DNA from: an uncultured virus (IMG/VR IMGVR_UViG_3300030061_003823)
Taxonomy: Duplodnaviria > Heunggongvirae > Uroviricota > Caudoviricetes
Virus record (IMG/VR): IMGVR_UViG_3300030061_003823
DNA length: 20,000 nt
Reading direction: 5' to 3' (one strand)
Shown here: positions 17,448 to 20,000 of the stretch, in pieces
Numbering within the stretch: position 1 is the stretch's first letter
How the letters are laid out: every line of letters begins with the position of its first letter
Translations under genes and position numbers: made by a program
The notes under the pieces: model-generated
What the model was told of the DNA's origin: nothing
Database searches by the model: none
The model's input: the letters and a program-made list of their open reading frames with translations, nothing else

Positions 17448-18719
17448 TTATTTAATTATTATCAGTTCCCCTCTTGCCGCTTTATCTTGTAACGCCTGTG
17501 GTATAGAAGCCGGTGTTTGTTTAACATTCAAAACTTCAAGATTAGGTAAATTTGCAACATATTCTGGTATTGATTTTAAGTTTGGGTTATTAGGAACTGA
17601 AATAAATTCTAGTTTTTGTAGTTGTCCTACTGAATCTGGTATCTCGGATAGGAGTCCTTCAACGTGAAGTACTTCCATATCCTTATATGGTGTTAGGTCT
17701 GGTAAAGCAAATCCTGGTCTTTCTTTCTTGTCAGAACCATACCCTCTATCTGTATACTCTATATCCAATCTCTTAAGTCCTTTAGGTATTCTCTTAAAGA
17801 AATCTTCAAATCCATATATTGAAATGTATTTAGATACCGTATCACTTGGATACCTAACTTCTATTTTCTCTCCAAAACTTGTGTCTAAGTATTTTGCAAA
17901 TTTATCTTGGAAGAATGGTTTTAATTCTGGATACTGATTAAAGAATGTTGCTAAGTCTATGTTTCTATCTTCGGCGTTCATAAATGAATTACTTTCAAAA
18001 TGAAACTGATGACTTCTACTTTCATTAGGTCCTTTCTGAGAATCCGATTTACGCATTATCATATATAATGGGCCTTGTTTACTATAGTGGTCATAATAAT
18101 TACTAGACTTAGACGCTGTACACCATCTTGACTCTCCACCTCCATAATGACATGAAGCTTCTTTAGTCTTTGGAATCATTACTATCCAATCTGCATCTTC
18201 ATGAACAACATCTACATCATCTCTAACTCTTTCTGCCTTAGTGGTAGTGAGTTCTTCCTTACTTATGTCAAAGTCTTTAATAGCATCATATAGTTGTTCT
18301 GTTGATTGGAATTTGTTAATATCTTTTTCTCCTGTGTATTTGTTTGTTTTCTTAAGATAATCAAACTTTAATAAATCTTCTGTAATTTTATAAAGGTCTT
18401 CCATAAACAATCTTTGTTTCTCTTCTAAACATTGAGTCCAAGGAGAATTTGGTTTTGGGTCATACCCATGTACTGAATCACATTCTTGTTGTAATCCCGT
18501 AAATTGTTTAATAATCCATTGTGAATACCCCCCTACTTTTTTTATCTCTTCGTCTGTTTGTCTAGTAGTAGGGTCTGCCTTCATAAAAGCCATTAAGGTT
18601 TCTTTATCCATTATAGCCTTTTTACCCTTCTTTTTAGGTTCAGTAAACTTTTGCATTAGAATCTCATAACGAGTATTCTCTAAAATAATTTGTTTAATTG
18701 TGTCTAATAAAAATCCCAT
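17448..18719 (-). CDS. 423-aa protein: 'SCxYG..WCTA' domain plus C-terminal leucine-rich repeats
   Basis: ADPT..GGYSQWII, KDINKF, WIVMIPKTKEASCHYGGGESRWCTA..YYDHYSKQGPLYMI. LRRs: LKRLDI, LSEIPDSVGQLQKLEFISVPNNPNLKSIPEYVANLPNLEVLNV. Confidence 0.8.
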   Translation of the reverse strand: MGFLLDTIKQIILENTRYEILMQKFTEPKKKGKKAIMDKETLMAFMKADPTTRQTDEEIKKVGGYSQWIIKQFTGLQQECDSVHGYDPKPNSPWTQCLEEKQRLFMEDLYKITEDLLKFDYLKKTNKYTGEKDINKFQSTEQLYDAIKDFDISKEELTTTKAERVRDDVDVVHEDADWIVMIPKTKEASCHYGGGESRWCTASKSSNYYDHYSKQGPLYMIMRKSDSQKGPNESRSHQFHFESNSFMNAEDRNIDLATFFNQYPELKPFFQDKFAKYLDTSFGEKIEVRYPSDTVSKYISIYGFEDFFKRIPKGLKRLDIEYTDRGYGSDKKERPGFALPDLTPYKDMEVLHVEGLLSEIPDSVGQLQKLEFISVPNNPNLKSIPEYVANLPNLEVLNVKQTPASIPQALQDKAARGELIIIK

Positions 18720-18735
18720 ATGGTTTTACTTTAAT

Positions 18736-18743
18736 AATAAATA
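18736..18743 (-). promoter_or_regulatory. putative late-promoter element TATTTATT
   Basis: Lies 16 nt upstream of ATG 18719. Confidence 0.55.
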
Positions 18744-18763
18744 TATTAATCTATTAAAAAAAG

Positions 18764-19033
18764 TTACTCTTGATTCTTCTTTTCCCACCTTTCTCTTCTT
18801 GATGGTTTATCATTTTTCCTCTTCTGAGTATTAGAGGGTGTTACCGGTTGGCCTTTCTTTCTACCGAACTTAATTAAATGTTCTAATTTGGCTCTTTGTT
18901 TCTCTGATCCAGTTGGTGGTAGTTTATCTAATTTTTCTTGTAATGTTAGAGAATCGTAGGATTTTTGTCTTTCTTCAGCATCTTTTCTTCTCTCGTTTCT
19001 ACTGATTTGTCCGTGTTTTCTTAGTTTTGCCAT
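18764..19033 (-). CDS. small basic hypothetical protein
   Basis: 89-aa K/R-rich ORF with its own perfect sigma70-type promoter. Confidence 0.75.
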   Translation of the reverse strand: MAKLRKHGQISRNERRKDAEERQKSYDSLTLQEKLDKLPPTGSEKQRAKLEHLIKFGRKKGQPVTPSNTQKRKNDKPSRRERWEKKNQE

Positions 19034-19051
19034 AGTTTAATATTTTATTTA

Positions 19052-19080
19052 ATTATAAAATAATTAATACCTTTTGTCAA
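19052..19080 (-). promoter_or_regulatory. perfect sigma70-consensus promoter TTGACA-N17-TATAAT
   Basis: Minus strand TTGACA (19080-19075), AAAGGTATTAATTATTT (17 nt), TATAAT (19057-19052); 18 nt before ATG 19033. Confidence 0.8.
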
Positions 19081-19084
19081 CTTA

Positions 19085-19252
19085 TTATAAAGAGTCTTTA
19101 ATCTTATTTACTTCAACAACGAGTTCATCAATTTTTGCTTTAAGAAGTTTTACAGTTAATACTTCGTCAATTTCATCGTTTTTAAGGTATTGATTTTCTT
19201 TTTCTTTACCACTTACTTCTAATTCTTCTGTTATTGTTTTTATATCTGCCAT
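19085..19252 (-). CDS. 55-aa coiled-coil protein (absent from the ORF track)
   Basis: MADIKTITEELEVSGKEKENQYLKNDEIDEVLTVKLLKAKIDELVVEVNKIKDSL*; starts 4 nt after the fibre-like gene stop and fills the gap. Confidence 0.7.
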   Translation of the reverse strand: MADIKTITEELEVSGKEKENQYLKNDEIDEVLTVKLLKAKIDELVVEVNKIKDSL

Positions 19253-19256
19253 ATTA

Positions 19257-20000
19257 TTATCTTTCTGTTACTACTATATTCATTAAACCTCTTGCGTTTT
19301 TTGCCGCGGTGGCATCCTCTGATCCCACCCCAACATATATCATTGTACCCGCATTTAGATCTGCCGTGTATGTTATATCGTTTGTTACATATCGTTGCGT
19401 CGTAAAGGTAGTTTGACCTATAGCGACTTTAGTTAATGTTAAAGCTGTGTTACTGTTATTTGACCTTATTCCAGTATACATTGCTATAGTGAAATCATCA
19501 CCGGTTCCAAGATTCGGTCTTAGAGAACATTCAACCTCCACTTTTGAAATGTCAAAGGGTAGTAGTATACCCCAGTTCATATCATCTTCTATTATGGTAA
19601 AACTAGCAACAGCCGATATTGTACCACCTACAGCTTGTGGGTCCTGCCAGTTTGAGGGTGTGTTTCCTAGTGCACTACCAAAGTATAAACTATTTTGGAC
19701 CATTGGGTTATCATTAACATAGAACGCCATACTTCGTAATATGTGTTTTGCTCCAGTAATTGCACCGGTTACCTGTATTCCAGTGTTAGTGGTCTCAAAC
19801 TTTTTAGTATTGTTATAGTGTAAGTCAACTGAATTAGCACCATTAAATACTGCCATGGTTTTACTTGCCGCTCCATTCTGGATTGTTACAGTACCTGCTC
19901 GAAGTTTTATATTACCTGTTGAAGCGTCTTTAATTATAGTTTCTGAACCAGTTTGTTGAATTTCTGTATCAGACCCTGTTCCTAATACTATTTTAGTGTC
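19257..20000 (-). CDS. C-terminal part of a phage tail-fibre/virion structural protein (5' end outside window)
   Basis: The frame is open to the window edge. DTKIVLGTGSDTEIQQTGSETIIKDASTGNIKL...MAVFNGANSVDLHYNNTKKFETTNTGIQVTG is a fibre-shaft motif typical of aquatic phage fibres, followed by a beta-rich tip domain. Confidence 0.7.
   Translation of the reverse strand, partial: DTKIVLGTGSDTEIQQTGSETIIKDASTGNIKLRAGTVTIQNGAASKTMAVFNGANSVDLHYNNTKKFETTNTGIQVTGAITGAKHILRSMAFYVNDNPMVQNSLYFGSALGNTPSNWQDPQAVGGTISAVASFTIIEDDMNWGILLPFDISKVEVECSLRPNLGTGDDFTIAMYTGIRSNNSNTALTLTKVAIGQTTFTTQRYVTNDITYTADLNAGTMIYVGVGSEDATAAKNARGLMNIVVTER

Noticed and set aside
11..19722. All plus-strand ORFs in the track (e.g. 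278-595, 2364-2735, 7204-7635, 16354-16644, 19447-19722)
   Set aside because: They are antisense shadows of long, coherent minus-strand genes, with no recognisable motifs and mostly non-ATG starts.
1..20000. Stop-codon reassignment as in some large phages
   Set aside because: Genes tile densely under the standard code, with TAA, TAG (5029, 13187) and TGA (770, 12972, 14734) all ending genes at sensible junctions.
1..20000. Eukaryotic virus (NCLDV) origin suggested by SET, LRR and Cys-rich proteins
   Set aside because: Bacterial promoters, an intrinsic terminator, translational coupling, peptidoglycan-related domains and a phage fibre motif indicate a bacteriophage.

Overview
AT-rich, densely coding window in which every credible gene lies on the minus strand, often with overlapping stop/start codons and without Shine-Dalgarno motifs. 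It reads as part of a large tailed (T4-like/jumbo) bacteriophage genome, probably infecting Bacteroidota: a textbook TTTG-N19-TAnnTTTG promoter is present. Contents, in transcription order from the right end: a tail-fibre-like gene fragment; two small ORFs; a 'WCTA'-domain+LRR protein; a Lys/Cys-rich multi-module protein; an acidic protein; a 'WCTA'-domain+wHTH paralog; a small Zn-ribbon protein; a 2295-aa Cys-rich repeat protein with a Hint autoprocessing domain; a PD-(D/E)XK-like nuclease; a hypothetical protein; tRNA-Arg(UCU); a SET-domain methyltransferase; a very acidic protein; a membrane-anchored 3D-domain muralytic protein; a TM+OmpA-like protein; and a second, truncated Cys-rich protein. 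The most interesting pattern is that unrelated proteins share short terminal tags ([IL]-x-E-[ES]-Q-x-x-[KR]-[IL] at N-termini; EL-x-EQ[IV]-x-R[IM]KKLM at C-termini) and their operons start with a recurrent TATTTAT[AT] element. This suggests a late-expressed, head-packaged, protease-processed cargo/effector cluster. All family assignments come from motif recognition by eye; no database search was run.
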